Shown here piece by piece: positions 1-9,606 of a stretch of 32,000 nucleotides of DNA. How positions within the stretch are numbered: the first letter of the stretch is position 1; each line of letters begins with the position of its first letter. This DNA comes from Candidatus Thorarchaeota archaeon. GTDB lineage: Archaea; Asgardarchaeota; Heimdallarchaeia; Hodarchaeales; Hodarchaeaceae. Under the pieces are notes generated by a model. The model saw nothing but the letters and a program-made list of their open reading frames with translations, had not been told where the DNA came from and made no database searches. A program made the translations under genes and the position numbers. Location of the stretch: NCBI GenBank assembly GCA_048882505.1, contig JBHLRO010000032.1, positions 1-32,000 of the forward strand, read 5' to 3'.

Positions 1-227
1 GTTTCTTCAACCTCACCCCAATTGGGACTCTCACCTTTGATATGCTCAAGGAAAGTATCGTGCCATACAATTGTATGATGGAGCAATTCCCAACAGGAAT
101 GTGGAGTGTTTTGGGGTTTTTTTCGTGCGTTTTCGGGGGTTAACCCGGTTATTACCTTTTGAGGGTCTATATGAGTATATCTACCCCGGAGTCCACCTAA
201 AATCGCGCTTATTAACATATTCTGCAT
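1..227 (-). CDS. DinB/YfiT-family protein, N-terminal part (runs off the window edge; not in the ORF track)
   Basis: My translation from ATG 227: MQNMLISAILGGLRGRYTHIDPQKVITGLTPENARKKPQNTPHSCWELLHHTIVWHDTFLEHIKGESPNWGEVEE..., open to the edge. HSxWELLHH matches the first-His helix of DinB_2 proteins. Confidence 0.8.
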   Translation of the reverse strand, partial: MQNMLISAILGGLRGRYTHIDPQKVITGLTPENARKKPQNTPHSCWELLHHTIVWHDTFLEHIKGESPNWGEVEE

Positions 228-408
228 GGTCTCAATACACTTCTTGGTCTTCTAATATTTTTTTGGAGGGAATTGGCAAAAGATGAATTTTGATCCCCTG
301 AACGTTTATCCGTGAAATTTGGCTGCAAAAGAAACCGTTTCTGGGATCTGGGCCTTTATATACTACAACCTAATTGCGTCCACTATCCTTTTTATGGTGA
401 CAAATACC

Positions 409-3213
409 ATGGCCGTGGAGTTCCATACCTTAGACCGAGACCAAATTGCGAAAATCCTTGACACAGATCCAGTTGGGGGATTGTCTACCGAGGAAGCCAA
501 AAATCGGTTCAAACGTGATGGTCCGAACGAACTGGTGGCTGCTGAGAAGATTTCTCCTCTGAAAATGTTCCTTTTACAGTTCAAAGATTTTATTGTATTC
601 CTATTGGTCGGTGCGACCATAGTTTCGATTGTTTTTGGAGAATACATTGAGGCTTTGATTATTTTGATCATCGTAATTCTCAATGGCGTTTTGGGCTTTG
701 TTCAAGAGTATCGCGCTGAGGAGGCCCTCGAAAAATTGAAGCAATTAACAGGCGACGATACCATAGTAATGCGAGACGGCCGAGAAGTCCGTGTCGATAC
801 TCGGGATTTGGTTCAGGGGGATTTATTGCTACTTTGGGAAGGCGAAACAATTGCCGCAGATGCCCGAATTATCGAAGCGAGCCGCCTTCGGATTGAAGAA
901 GGTATATTGACGGGGGAGTCGGTGCCAGTCGATAAAACCGTTGAAGTGATCTCTGATCCAAAAATTCCCTTGGCAGACCGAATTAATTCAGTTTTTATGG
1001 GAACTACGACGGTAAAGGGACGTGGAAAAGCCATCATAACTCGTACGGGTATGGCAACAGAAATGGGGAAAATTGCAAGGTCTACTGTTGAAACAGAGGA
1101 ACAACCGACCCCTCTGCAGATTCAACTAGATAGGTTGGGAAAAATCCTTGGGATTATTGTACTCCTCGTAGTGGGGATCGTTTTATTATTTCAGCTTTCT
1201 TACATTGAGGGAGACCTCATTGAAGGATTGGAAGGGGCTATTGAAACTGCAATAGCTCTGGCTGTATCGGCTGTTCCTGAAGGACTCGCAGCAGCGATAA
1301 CCTTGACTTTAGCTATTGGCGTACAAAAGATGGCAAGGAAAAAGGCCATAATTCGGAAGTTACCCGCGGTTGAAACTTTGGGGAGCGTCGAAGTAATATG
1401 TACGGACAAAACAGGAACTTTAACCCAGAATAAGATGACTGTACAGCGGTTCTGGACCCCTTCTGATGGGATGATTGAGGTCACAGGTACGGGATACACA
1501 CCAAAAGGGGGGTTCATTCATGTCGCGCAGGAGAAGAGGATCGATATTGCCAAGGATAAAGGATTATATCAAGCTGTGAAGGCTGGGGCTTTATGTAATA
1601 CTGCTTCAGTCAATTATTCGTATAAATCCAATTCCTGGGAATGCGAAGGTGATCCTACCGAAGGAGCTTTACTTGTTGCGGCCATGAAGGCGGGCGTGTT
1701 AGACCGTTGGGAGGAGGGGTATCAGTTAAAGAAAGATGGCGAAATTTTCTTTGATAGTGACCGAAAGCGAATGTCTATGGTTTTCAAACGGCAAAGACCT
1801 GGGTTAGAAGAAACATGGGGATTCATGAAAGGTTCACCCAAAATCGTATTGGACCATTGTTCCCATGTCTTACATGAAAACAGGATAATTCCATTAACAG
1901 AGGAACTTCGTCACCAAGTTTTGGAAAATAACTCCAAATTAGGCAGCAAGGCATTTCGTGTGCTCGGACTTGCCGAAAAACAATTACCTAATGATCTTAA
2001 GGAATTCAATGAGACAACCGTTGAAACAGAAATGATTTTCCTTGGGTTAGTGGGTATGATCGATCCTCCCCGAGAAGAAGTAGAGGCAGCGATTGCTAAA
2101 TGCAAGAATGCAGGGATTCGCGTAATCATGATTACGGGGGATCAACTAGATACGGCCCTTGCCATTGCCCGATCATTAGATCTCAAACCATATGAGGATA
2201 CATTTTACCTCGCTCACACTTCTGCCGAGCTAGAGGCCATGAATGACGAGGAATTTAAGGCCGTAGTCTCGGATCTTGACGTTTGTGCTCGTGCATCCCC
2301 GGGAATTAAGAGGCGTATAGTTGAAACGCTCCAAGACGATTTTGGTCATGTCGTAGCTATGACGGGAGATGGTGTTAACGATGCGCCTGCCCTAAAGAAG
2401 GCAGACATTGGTGTTGCCATGGGCATAACAGGGACGGATGTAGCACGGGAAGCTAGTGATATGATACTGGCCGATGATAATTTCGCTAGCATAGTTGCGG
2501 CGGTCGAAGAAGGAAGAACCATATATGACAATATGAAAAAATTTATCCGTTACCTTCTCAGTAGTAACTTTGATGAAATTCTTGTGGTCTTTACTGCGAC
2601 AGTTCTCTTAGGCTTGCATTCTCCATACCTTGCATTAGGCATTCTTTGGATCAATCTTCTAACCGACGGATTACCCGCCTTGGCATTAAGTGTTGATCCC
2701 GGAGATCCAGATATTATGAAGAGGAAACCTCGCGGAAGAAACAGCGGAATGATGGGAGAGATATTGGGTTTTAGTTTGATTGCAGGGATTATTTCGTTTA
2801 GCGCAACCATGATCTTGTTCCTATCCTTTTCCCCTACGATATTGCTTGTTTCTAGCACACCTGGCTCAGAGTTGACGGTTGCAAGGACGCTTGCACTGAC
2901 TGTCTCCGTGATTTTTGAACTGGGCCAGGTATTTGTTTCCAGGGCTCCTGATGATAAGAGTGTATTTGTGACTAATCCCTTCAGTAACCTTTATCTACTC
3001 TTAGCGGTCGGTACCGCCTTCATTCTCCATCTTTTCATAATATATGTTGGCCCTCTTGCGTCAATCTTTGAATTGGCCCCATTATCAATCAACCAATGGG
3101 GTATGATCTTCGGGATAGTAATCATCGGTATTATCTTATTAGATGTGGCTAAAGTGGGACTTCACAGGGTTTTAGAGAGAATATCTCCCGATGGGGTAGC
3201 TAAATCCGTATAG
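409..3213 (+). CDS. P-type Ca2+-transporting ATPase, type IIA (SERCA/PMR1-like)
   Basis: TGES, PEGL, DKTGTLT phosphorylation motif, MITGD, TGDGVNDAP; TM5 SSNFDE, TM6 WINLLTDGLP. Start placed at ATG 409 (GGTGA at 396-400) rather than the track's 319. Confidence 0.95.
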   Translation: MAVEFHTLDRDQIAKILDTDPVGGLSTEEAKNRFKRDGPNELVAAEKISPLKMFLLQFKDFIVFLLVGATIVSIVFGEYIEALIILIIVILNGVLGFVQEYRAEEALEKLKQLTGDDTIVMRDGREVRVDTRDLVQGDLLLLWEGETIAADARIIEASRLRIEEGILTGESVPVDKTVEVISDPKIPLADRINSVFMGTTTVKGRGKAIITRTGMATEMGKIARSTVETEEQPTPLQIQLDRLGKILGIIVLLVVGIVLLFQLSYIEGDLIEGLEGAIETAIALAVSAVPEGLAAAITLTLAIGVQKMARKKAIIRKLPAVETLGSVEVICTDKTGTLTQNKMTVQRFWTPSDGMIEVTGTGYTPKGGFIHVAQEKRIDIAKDKGLYQAVKAGALCNTASVNYSYKSNSWECEGDPTEGALLVAAMKAGVLDRWEEGYQLKKDGEIFFDSDRKRMSMVFKRQRPGLEETWGFMKGSPKIVLDHCSHVLHENRIIPLTEELRHQVLENNSKLGSKAFRVLGLAEKQLPNDLKEFNETTVETEMIFLGLVGMIDPPREEVEAAIAKCKNAGIRVIMITGDQLDTALAIARSLDLKPYEDTFYLAHTSAELEAMNDEEFKAVVSDLDVCARASPGIKRRIVETLQDDFGHVVAMTGDGVNDAPALKKADIGVAMGITGTDVAREASDMILADDNFASIVAAVEEGRTIYDNMKKFIRYLLSSNFDEILVVFTATVLLGLHSPYLALGILWINLLTDGLPALALSVDPGDPDIMKRKPRGRNSGMMGEILGFSLIAGIISFSATMILFLSFSPTILLVSSTPGSELTVARTLALTVSVIFELGQVFVSRAPDDKSVFVTNPFSNLYLLLAVGTAFILHLFIIYVGPLASIFELAPLSINQWGMIFGIVIIGIILLDVAKVGLHRVLERISPDGVAKSV

Positions 3214-3247
3214 GACTCACACATGAGGATTTAAGTTTGATCGCGAT

Positions 3248-6200
3248 CTATTCGCGGTTTTTTTGCAGACTTCCTAGAACAATTTGCCGATGTTTAATAT
3301 TGAGTCCAAAGCAAAGAACGGATAGAATGTCAACAGAATCACCCAGTATATCTGTTCTCTTGTTTAGGATTTGAATTCGAGAGCTAACATGCTGATACCT
3401 TTCATGGACCTTCAGATTCTGCGCCTCTGAAATATAAAAGCTCCTTTGGATCGTTTTTCTTATTTCGGGCCATTTTTTAATACCAACGACTTCCATTAAT
3501 CTTATAGAAGCTTCTCTCTCTAATAATTTTGTTTCATATGCCACATCGGATTTAAAATGGGTTTGAAGACGTTCAACAAACCCTTGTTGCAACTCTTGAA
3601 CCTTAGTTTTCATCTTTATGATGTTTTGAACCATGATCGCTACTGCATCATGGTAACCATGATCTGTATGAGCTTCCATATATAGATTAATCCCGTTTTG
3701 AATGCTTTTTACAATTTCATTCTTCAGGCCTGATCTTGGAGGCCCATTGAAAGCCAATATTGCATCAATTGATTTCTCGACGTAATGTCTAAATTGTTGT
3801 AGTTTCGATTTTGGGGTATCAAATTTTATGACAGGAATCGGTATTTTCGATGAATAAGGGAAATCCATAACTCGAGAAGTTTCCGTCGTTTTGCTAAATA
3901 GGACATTTGCAAGATAGAAAGACGGAATAGGGCTATTTATAATTCCACAGAGGAAATGCAAGGAATATGGAGAGCTTTTAGGCAAGATAATGTTAACTAG
4001 TTTTTCAGTTGTACAGAAATCTCCATTCGGATCTACATAAGCTACTAGACGGTTCCCACGCAACACTTTGAGGAAAAGGCGCTTTCTAAGAATTTTATCG
4101 GCCCGCCTACGTAATCGAAGGTGATGATCGGACGAAAGATCCAATAGGTGGTACCTGATGATTTGGTAGGGTTTTACATGAGGAACGCGGTCAATCCAGA
4201 CATATTGCCCGTTAGTTTTCGCTCGGAGGAGTGATTTTAACGAATAGGTGAGTTCGGTAATTACGGTTCTTTTAATTTTATCAGGAATGTACATACCTCG
4301 AAATATACATCGTTTGGATCTAATGATCTCCCCCAATGGAACAGACGAAAGGGATATCCGTTTAACTACATCCAGTTCATTGGATGACATCCCCCGAAAA
4401 AGCATGACCTCATTTTTATGATAGAAATCTGAGGGTATTGAATGATCGGCGCGAATTACTTTTGGAAGAGCTAATCTGTTGTTGGGATGTGCTACCGCAA
4501 TTTCAACCTGTTTTTTTGGCTTTTGATATTCGGTCAATCCTCCAATCAGGCCAATTGTTTCAAAATTGACATTAGCAAATGATAAACCTATATCCAGAAC
4601 ATTTCGAATCCGAGTTTTACTCAGCAATACCGCTCGAACATCCCTCCATTGCGAATAGAAAGCGAAACTTTTCGGAAGGATAAGCCCGAAACGCTTTGAA
4701 ATCGTTAAAATAAAAACCAAGAAATATGCTGCAGAGTCTTTATGAGTTCTATACAAGTTTTTATAATATTTCTTAAGTTTTGGTGGTATATATGCACCAT
4801 ATGGAGGATTCGTGATGACTAAGTCAAATCCTTGATCCAGAGCTGATGAATTATCATCCCAGTCCCAAAATTCTACATCAGTATGAAAATATTGGAGGTT
4901 CTTTGCTTCGTTCATCACTTCCTTAAGCAATGGGGTTGGCGGCTCCAATTTACTCCCCTTTAGAAGGGACAATATGATTTCAATTACTCTTCCCTGAAGT
5001 GATATGTCATTTAGAGCACAGTGAATCCTTGTCCACTGACAAATATCGAACAAGAGTTTCATAATTTCCCTATTGCCTTGTTGCAGCATGGAATAGACCA
5101 GATCATCCTTAATCCTGATCCTAGACAGAAATTCCCGAACATCACACCAGCGTACCCCCAAAAGGGGATTTCCAACACAGATCCGATCGTCCAAATATGA
5201 GTAGTCCATTGGATGCGCTGCTGACGTTATCCAAAGCGAAAACTTGGTTATGTCCACCGCAATCGGATCAAGATCAATTCCGTAGAGGCAATGTTTTAGA
5301 ATCAACCACTCAATATGGTCTCTGGAACTCCTCAAATCGTGACTGACGAGAGGTTCAAATCTATATTCTTGACCCATGAGTCCATAAAATGTACTTAATA
5401 TCTGCTTTGCCCATTTCTTAAGAACATTGAACGTTTCGAGTAAAAACAATCCCGTTCCGACGGCTGGATCAAGGATTCTAAGTTCAAGCAATTTAGTTAA
5501 CGGATCAATTTCGCTGAGTTTCTTTATCTTCTCCTCATAGTTATCTTCGGTTTTAGACTTAAGAGTTTCAATTTCAGACTGAAAATTCTGGTTTATTCGC
5601 ATTAAAATATCATTAAGGGCATTATTAGTCAAATACTGAACAGCATACGAAGGAGAGTAGTAAGATCCTGAAAATTTTTGATTATCCTTTCTTCCCTCGG
5701 CTGAAGTTAATGTCAGTTCCTTGGAATTATTTGAGACGTTATATTGAAGGCTTAGCTCATAGATTTCACCAAGGAAAGCCGGGGGCAGCGTGCTGTAGTC
5801 TATCCAGACAGAAACATCATCGGATGCTGCGAATCTAGAGAGAGAATCGATCAATTTTGCCATGGATCGGTCAGAAATTTGAGTTTGATTTATGATTACG
5901 TCATGTTTACTGTTGAAGATCCAGCTTTTCCATGGGATTCCGTGGCTAGAAGAAGAGGGTAATCTTAATCTTTGACAAAGCTCCTGAAATGATTTGAACA
6001 AATTATAAATGGAGCTACTAAATGATTTATGATCCTCATATGCATTTCCGATCCTTTTTCTCAAAACAACCAATTGGAGGTATTCAGAATTGATCTGTAC
6101 TGAAAAACGATCCTCTACAATCATTACAATGAGGAGGCGTAATATGAATATAACCGCAACATTGTAGATTTTCTGCAAATTATTCGAAAAATGATCTTTT

Positions 6201-6313
6201 CCGTTTTTAGAGAACTCGTTAATCAAAATAGGTAATGATTCCTCAATAATTGTTCTCTTTAGGTGCAAAATGATTTCATTGGTTTTTTGAGGAGAATTTT
6301 TCATTATTCTCAT
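3248..6313 (-). CDS. Large gamma-class N6-adenine DNA methyltransferase (Eco57I/type IIG-like MTase-TRD-helical architecture); no evident nuclease domain
   Basis: GSYYSP, motif I ILDPAVGTGLFL, YGIDLDP, motif IV FDLVITNPPY, TaqI_C-like LCGIINS...IPIP, C-terminal helical region. Confidence 0.9.
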   Translation of the reverse strand: MRIMKNSPQKTNEIILHLKRTIIEESLPILINEFSKNGKDHFSNNLQKIYNVAVIFILRLLIVMIVEDRFSVQINSEYLQLVVLRKRIGNAYEDHKSFSSSIYNLFKSFQELCQRLRLPSSSSHGIPWKSWIFNSKHDVIINQTQISDRSMAKLIDSLSRFAASDDVSVWIDYSTLPPAFLGEIYELSLQYNVSNNSKELTLTSAEGRKDNQKFSGSYYSPSYAVQYLTNNALNDILMRINQNFQSEIETLKSKTEDNYEEKIKKLSEIDPLTKLLELRILDPAVGTGLFLLETFNVLKKWAKQILSTFYGLMGQEYRFEPLVSHDLRSSRDHIEWLILKHCLYGIDLDPIAVDITKFSLWITSAAHPMDYSYLDDRICVGNPLLGVRWCDVREFLSRIRIKDDLVYSMLQQGNREIMKLLFDICQWTRIHCALNDISLQGRVIEIILSLLKGSKLEPPTPLLKEVMNEAKNLQYFHTDVEFWDWDDNSSALDQGFDLVITNPPYGAYIPPKLKKYYKNLYRTHKDSAAYFLVFILTISKRFGLILPKSFAFYSQWRDVRAVLLSKTRIRNVLDIGLSFANVNFETIGLIGGLTEYQKPKKQVEIAVAHPNNRLALPKVIRADHSIPSDFYHKNEVMLFRGMSSNELDVVKRISLSSVPLGEIIRSKRCIFRGMYIPDKIKRTVITELTYSLKSLLRAKTNGQYVWIDRVPHVKPYQIIRYHLLDLSSDHHLRLRRRADKILRKRLFLKVLRGNRLVAYVDPNGDFCTTEKLVNIILPKSSPYSLHFLCGIINSPIPSFYLANVLFSKTTETSRVMDFPYSSKIPIPVIKFDTPKSKLQQFRHYVEKSIDAILAFNGPPRSGLKNEIVKSIQNGINLYMEAHTDHGYHDAVAIMVQNIIKMKTKVQELQQGFVERLQTHFKSDVAYETKLLEREASIRLMEVVGIKKWPEIRKTIQRSFYISEAQNLKVHERYQHVSSRIQILNKRTDILGDSVDILSVLCFGLNIKHRQIVLGSLQKNRE

Positions 6314-6842
6314 TATATCCCTTGGTTAATCTTACGTTTTCATCGTGCCTTTGGCCTGATAAAGACAATGAGCCTTTAATGATTTTAAATCGAGTGCGTT
6401 TGCTGTAGCTTCATGTCGGAGGGATATGGGTATACTCAAAATACGCCATTAAACCTACCTTTCGTTGTTCAAGCCACCGTAATTTCTTTGATGGATCCTA
6501 AGGATAAAAATTCTTCTTGAAACAGCATATAAGCAAAGTTAATTTTATGCATCACGTAATTAGTACTTTTCAGTTTTTCATTGGCCCTTTGTCAGCGTAT
6601 TTTCAAGAATAAATTGGTTTCGATACGTGGGTATGGCTCGCATCTATTCTATCTTTACCTGGCGGCCCAAGTTCCGATTTCCATCGAAATCCCAAAATCG
6701 ATTTTCCTGACTCCTTTTCTAATATGCAAAATAAATGGAATTAAGTCCGGAAATAATTATGTCAGCAGAAGTAAACCTCTCTTAACTTTTTCAGTGGATA
6801 GTATACCTCAAGTATATTGGGGAGAGGACGTGATTAGAAACT

Positions 6843-6855
6843 AAAACCTTTTAAA
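6843..6855 (+). promoter_or_regulatory. Putative BRE/TATA of the histone gene
   Basis: AAAA-CC-TTTTAAA about 80 nt upstream of ATG 6934. Confidence 0.4.
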
Positions 6856-6933
6856 CAGAATGATTTTTGTCGCGAGCTGTAATCACCCCATCAAAAACTT
6901 AAAAATAAACCATAAGGAGAAAAGGTGAGAACC

Positions 6934-7365
6934 ATGGCAAATACATTTGCAAAAGCTAGAGTGGAATCGATTGTTAAAGCTGCTGGAGCTGAACGTATTT
7001 CAGCAAAAGCTATTATGCGATTAGACGACCTTACATCGGAATTCGGTACCAATGTGTCCAAAACCGCAATCAATCTCGCACAAACGGCTGGTCGTAAAAC
7101 CGTGCAAGCTGAAGATATTAAGTTGGCTGTAAATAAAACAGGCGCTCCCAAAAGTTCCCCAACGGATCCAAAATCGCGTGCATTTGCGAAAGCAAGAGTA
7201 GAACGAGTTATCCGAGAAGCCGGTGCTTCTCGAGTTTCGGGTGATGCTGTCGAGTACCTCAACAAACAGCTCGAAGCCTACTGCTATACACTGGCCAAAT
7301 CAGCAATAGAAATTGCACGTCACGCCAAGCGTAAGACGGTCAAAGACACCGACATTATGGTTTAG
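6934..7365 (+). CDS. Archaeal doublet (tandem) histone, 143 aa
   Basis: Two HMf-like folds: FAKARVE..AGAERIS..AGRKTVQAEDI and FAKARVE..AGASRVS..RHAKRKTVKDTDI, joined by a linker. ATG 6934 has GGTGAG at 6924-6929. Confidence 0.95.
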   Translation: MANTFAKARVESIVKAAGAERISAKAIMRLDDLTSEFGTNVSKTAINLAQTAGRKTVQAEDIKLAVNKTGAPKSSPTDPKSRAFAKARVERVIREAGASRVSGDAVEYLNKQLEAYCYTLAKSAIEIARHAKRKTVKDTDIMV

Positions 7366-7403
7366 TTTCATTCTATTGGAACTAAAACATTGATATTCAC
7401 TAA

Positions 7404-7428
7404 CTCTTCCCTCTCTTTTCTTTTTTAT
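7404..7428 (+). terminator. Pyrimidine/oligo-T tract after the histone gene (archaeal-type terminator)
   Basis: CTCTTCCCTCTCTTTTCTTTTTT about 40 nt after the stop codon. Confidence 0.55.
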
Positions 7429-7516
7429 TATCACGACGAACTTACCTGATTAGCTATATTCCTAATTTCCCTAGCCGCAAGAGGATTTTGAAATCGCCTC
7501 CAACTTAGCAGATGGA

Positions 7517-9454
7517 TTGAATACAGCTCACAAACAGAAGTCATTGGGCCAATATAGGACTCCAGATGTTCTAACTTCTTATATGGTTAAACGAACGCTA
7601 GATATATGGTTTAGAACAGAAGGCAGCACAAGATCCGTAACAAGCGTTCGTGTTCTTGATCCAGCCTGTGGGACGGGATCCTTTCTGGCTCAAGCTCTAA
7701 AACATCTGATTACAATATATCAAAAGAAATTTCCCCAAATCGAAAACTCTGGTATCCTAAAACGAATGGCAATTGCAAACAATCTGTATGGCCTTGATAT
7801 CGACCCATTATTGATAAACACAACTCAAATGGAGGTAGTTGAGGGGTACAGAGGAAATGTGAAACGGCTTGACGCACTCGTTCCTCCGCCCCGATTCAAA
7901 CTGAAAGTTTCCTTGCCATCAAAAATTAAAGATCTTAGAGATGAATACAAGGAATTGTTTATAGCAGAATCAGATGAAATGAGGTTGCAAGAGCTCAGTA
8001 AAGAGATTTCACAATGTGAAACACGAGCCAGAAAACAGTTTATGGAAGAATTCGCTTCATTTTTCGGGAGAATCCCAGATACGTTGCTTCCCATGTATTG
8101 GGAGGCAGTTTTCCCTGAAACTAGTGGTAGATTCTCAATCATATTAGGGAATCCCCCTTGGGGTGGAATACTACCGTATCCACGCCAATATGTTGAGCTG
8201 TATCAAGTCGGATTGAAACAAGTTGATACGTGGAGTCTATTTCTAGAGAGAAGCATTTTCGCTCTAGAAGACGGCGGTATGTTGGGATTTGTACTCCCTA
8301 ATACCCTGTTGCTAAATCAGAACTATTCAGAAGTCCGTCAGCTCATACTTGAGACTTGCTTCATCCATGAAATAATTAATCTCGGAGAAGGGATTTTTCC
8401 TAATGTCACTCAACCTAGTTTGTTGATCATCCTTCAAAGGCACCCCATCAAAACTCTTGAGAGACCAATTAAGACTCAGATTGTAAACCAAATTTCTGCT
8501 AAGATGAGGAAACAATTACAAAATGAGGGGGCGTCTCTTTTCGATCTCCCATATCTAACGTGTCGTCAGGAATATTTTCACAGAGGAAACTATCTGCAAT
8601 TTGATATATTCTCTGTCGGCCATGAGGGATTCATCAAGGCTATGGAGGGTGACTCTCTTTCCGGTAAATTTTTCGTGAAACCTTTGGGGGATCTTGTCAT
8701 TAATGGCAGAGGAGTCGAAATAAATTATCAAGGAAGAGTGGTACAATGTACGAGCTGCGGAATGTGGAATTCTCCAATAACTAGCCGCTCGGGCCCAAGA
8801 ATCAAAAGGTGTGCTCACTGTAATGACAGTATTACTGAAAAAAATCCGAAAGATCGGATCGTTCATGGTACCCCGCGAGAAACCACCGTACCTTTTCTTT
8901 CAGGGCGGGATATTCATCGGTACCTAATACATTCCCCGAAATACATTGATGTGACGAGGCCTGGAATTCAATACAAACGACCTGAATTATTTGTGGGAGA
9001 TAAACTTCTTCTGAGAAAAACTGGAAATAAAATCAATCTCGTATTAGATACTCAAAATCACTGGGTAAGCCAAGTTGTTTACATTTTCAAGCTTAGAGAA
9101 CAAGCACCAGTATCATTGGAATACCTTCTGGGAGTACTAAATTCAGAACTAATTCAGAACTATTATGATCATAAGTATGGGGATCCTAATAGACGAGAAT
9201 TCCCTCATTTTACACAAGGGAGATTCGTCCAATTACCTATTAGAATTCCTCGCTCTCTCAAAGAACTTAATTTGGCCCAGAACATTGGAGACCTTGCTTT
9301 GTCGATTCAGAAAATGATTCAGCTGAATTATACACAGAATACCCAGAAATCTTCCCCATTGTTTTCCAAAACACAGATCTTAGAACAGAATGAGCGATTG
9401 AATAAAACCGTTAGCCTGTTATATGAAATAACAGATCAAGGCTCGGAGAATTAG
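7517..9454 (+). CDS. Gamma-class amino (N6A/N4C) DNA methyltransferase with TaqI_C-like TRD carrying a zinc-ribbon insert
   Basis: GQYRTP, VLDPACGTGSFL, GLDIDP, IILGNPPW, GFVLP, LLGVLNS; CTSC-x17-CAHC within the TRD. Confidence 0.9.
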   Translation: MNTAHKQKSLGQYRTPDVLTSYMVKRTLDIWFRTEGSTRSVTSVRVLDPACGTGSFLAQALKHLITIYQKKFPQIENSGILKRMAIANNLYGLDIDPLLINTTQMEVVEGYRGNVKRLDALVPPPRFKLKVSLPSKIKDLRDEYKELFIAESDEMRLQELSKEISQCETRARKQFMEEFASFFGRIPDTLLPMYWEAVFPETSGRFSIILGNPPWGGILPYPRQYVELYQVGLKQVDTWSLFLERSIFALEDGGMLGFVLPNTLLLNQNYSEVRQLILETCFIHEIINLGEGIFPNVTQPSLLIILQRHPIKTLERPIKTQIVNQISAKMRKQLQNEGASLFDLPYLTCRQEYFHRGNYLQFDIFSVGHEGFIKAMEGDSLSGKFFVKPLGDLVINGRGVEINYQGRVVQCTSCGMWNSPITSRSGPRIKRCAHCNDSITEKNPKDRIVHGTPRETTVPFLSGRDIHRYLIHSPKYIDVTRPGIQYKRPELFVGDKLLLRKTGNKINLVLDTQNHWVSQVVYIFKLREQAPVSLEYLLGVLNSELIQNYYDHKYGDPNRREFPHFTQGRFVQLPIRIPRSLKELNLAQNIGDLALSIQKMIQLNYTQNTQKSSPLFSKTQILEQNERLNKTVSLLYEITDQGSEN

Positions 9455-9606
9455 GATTGAGCCAAGTATAAAATTCTAAGACAAATTCTGATTCTTAAAA
9501 ATCTCTATATTTGGCTACGAAGAGACTCCAGCGAATTATGATGTCGATAACTAGGAAGCCTTTAAAAGGCGGTTTAATGCTAAATTCCGTAACGATAGCA
9601 TGAGAA

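Noticed and set aside
71-286. Track ORF 71-286 (+)
   Set aside because: Antisense to the DinB-like frame; no motif.
319-408. N-terminal extension of the ATPase in the track
   Set aside because: TTG start without RBS; ATG 409 has GGTGA and begins the conserved cation-ATPase N-terminus.
6314-6900. Possible remnant nuclease gene, or track ORF 6581-6844, upstream of the large MTase
   Set aside because: All minus frames I translated close within about 45 codons with no PD-(D/E)xK-like motif; the + ORF has no recognisable features.
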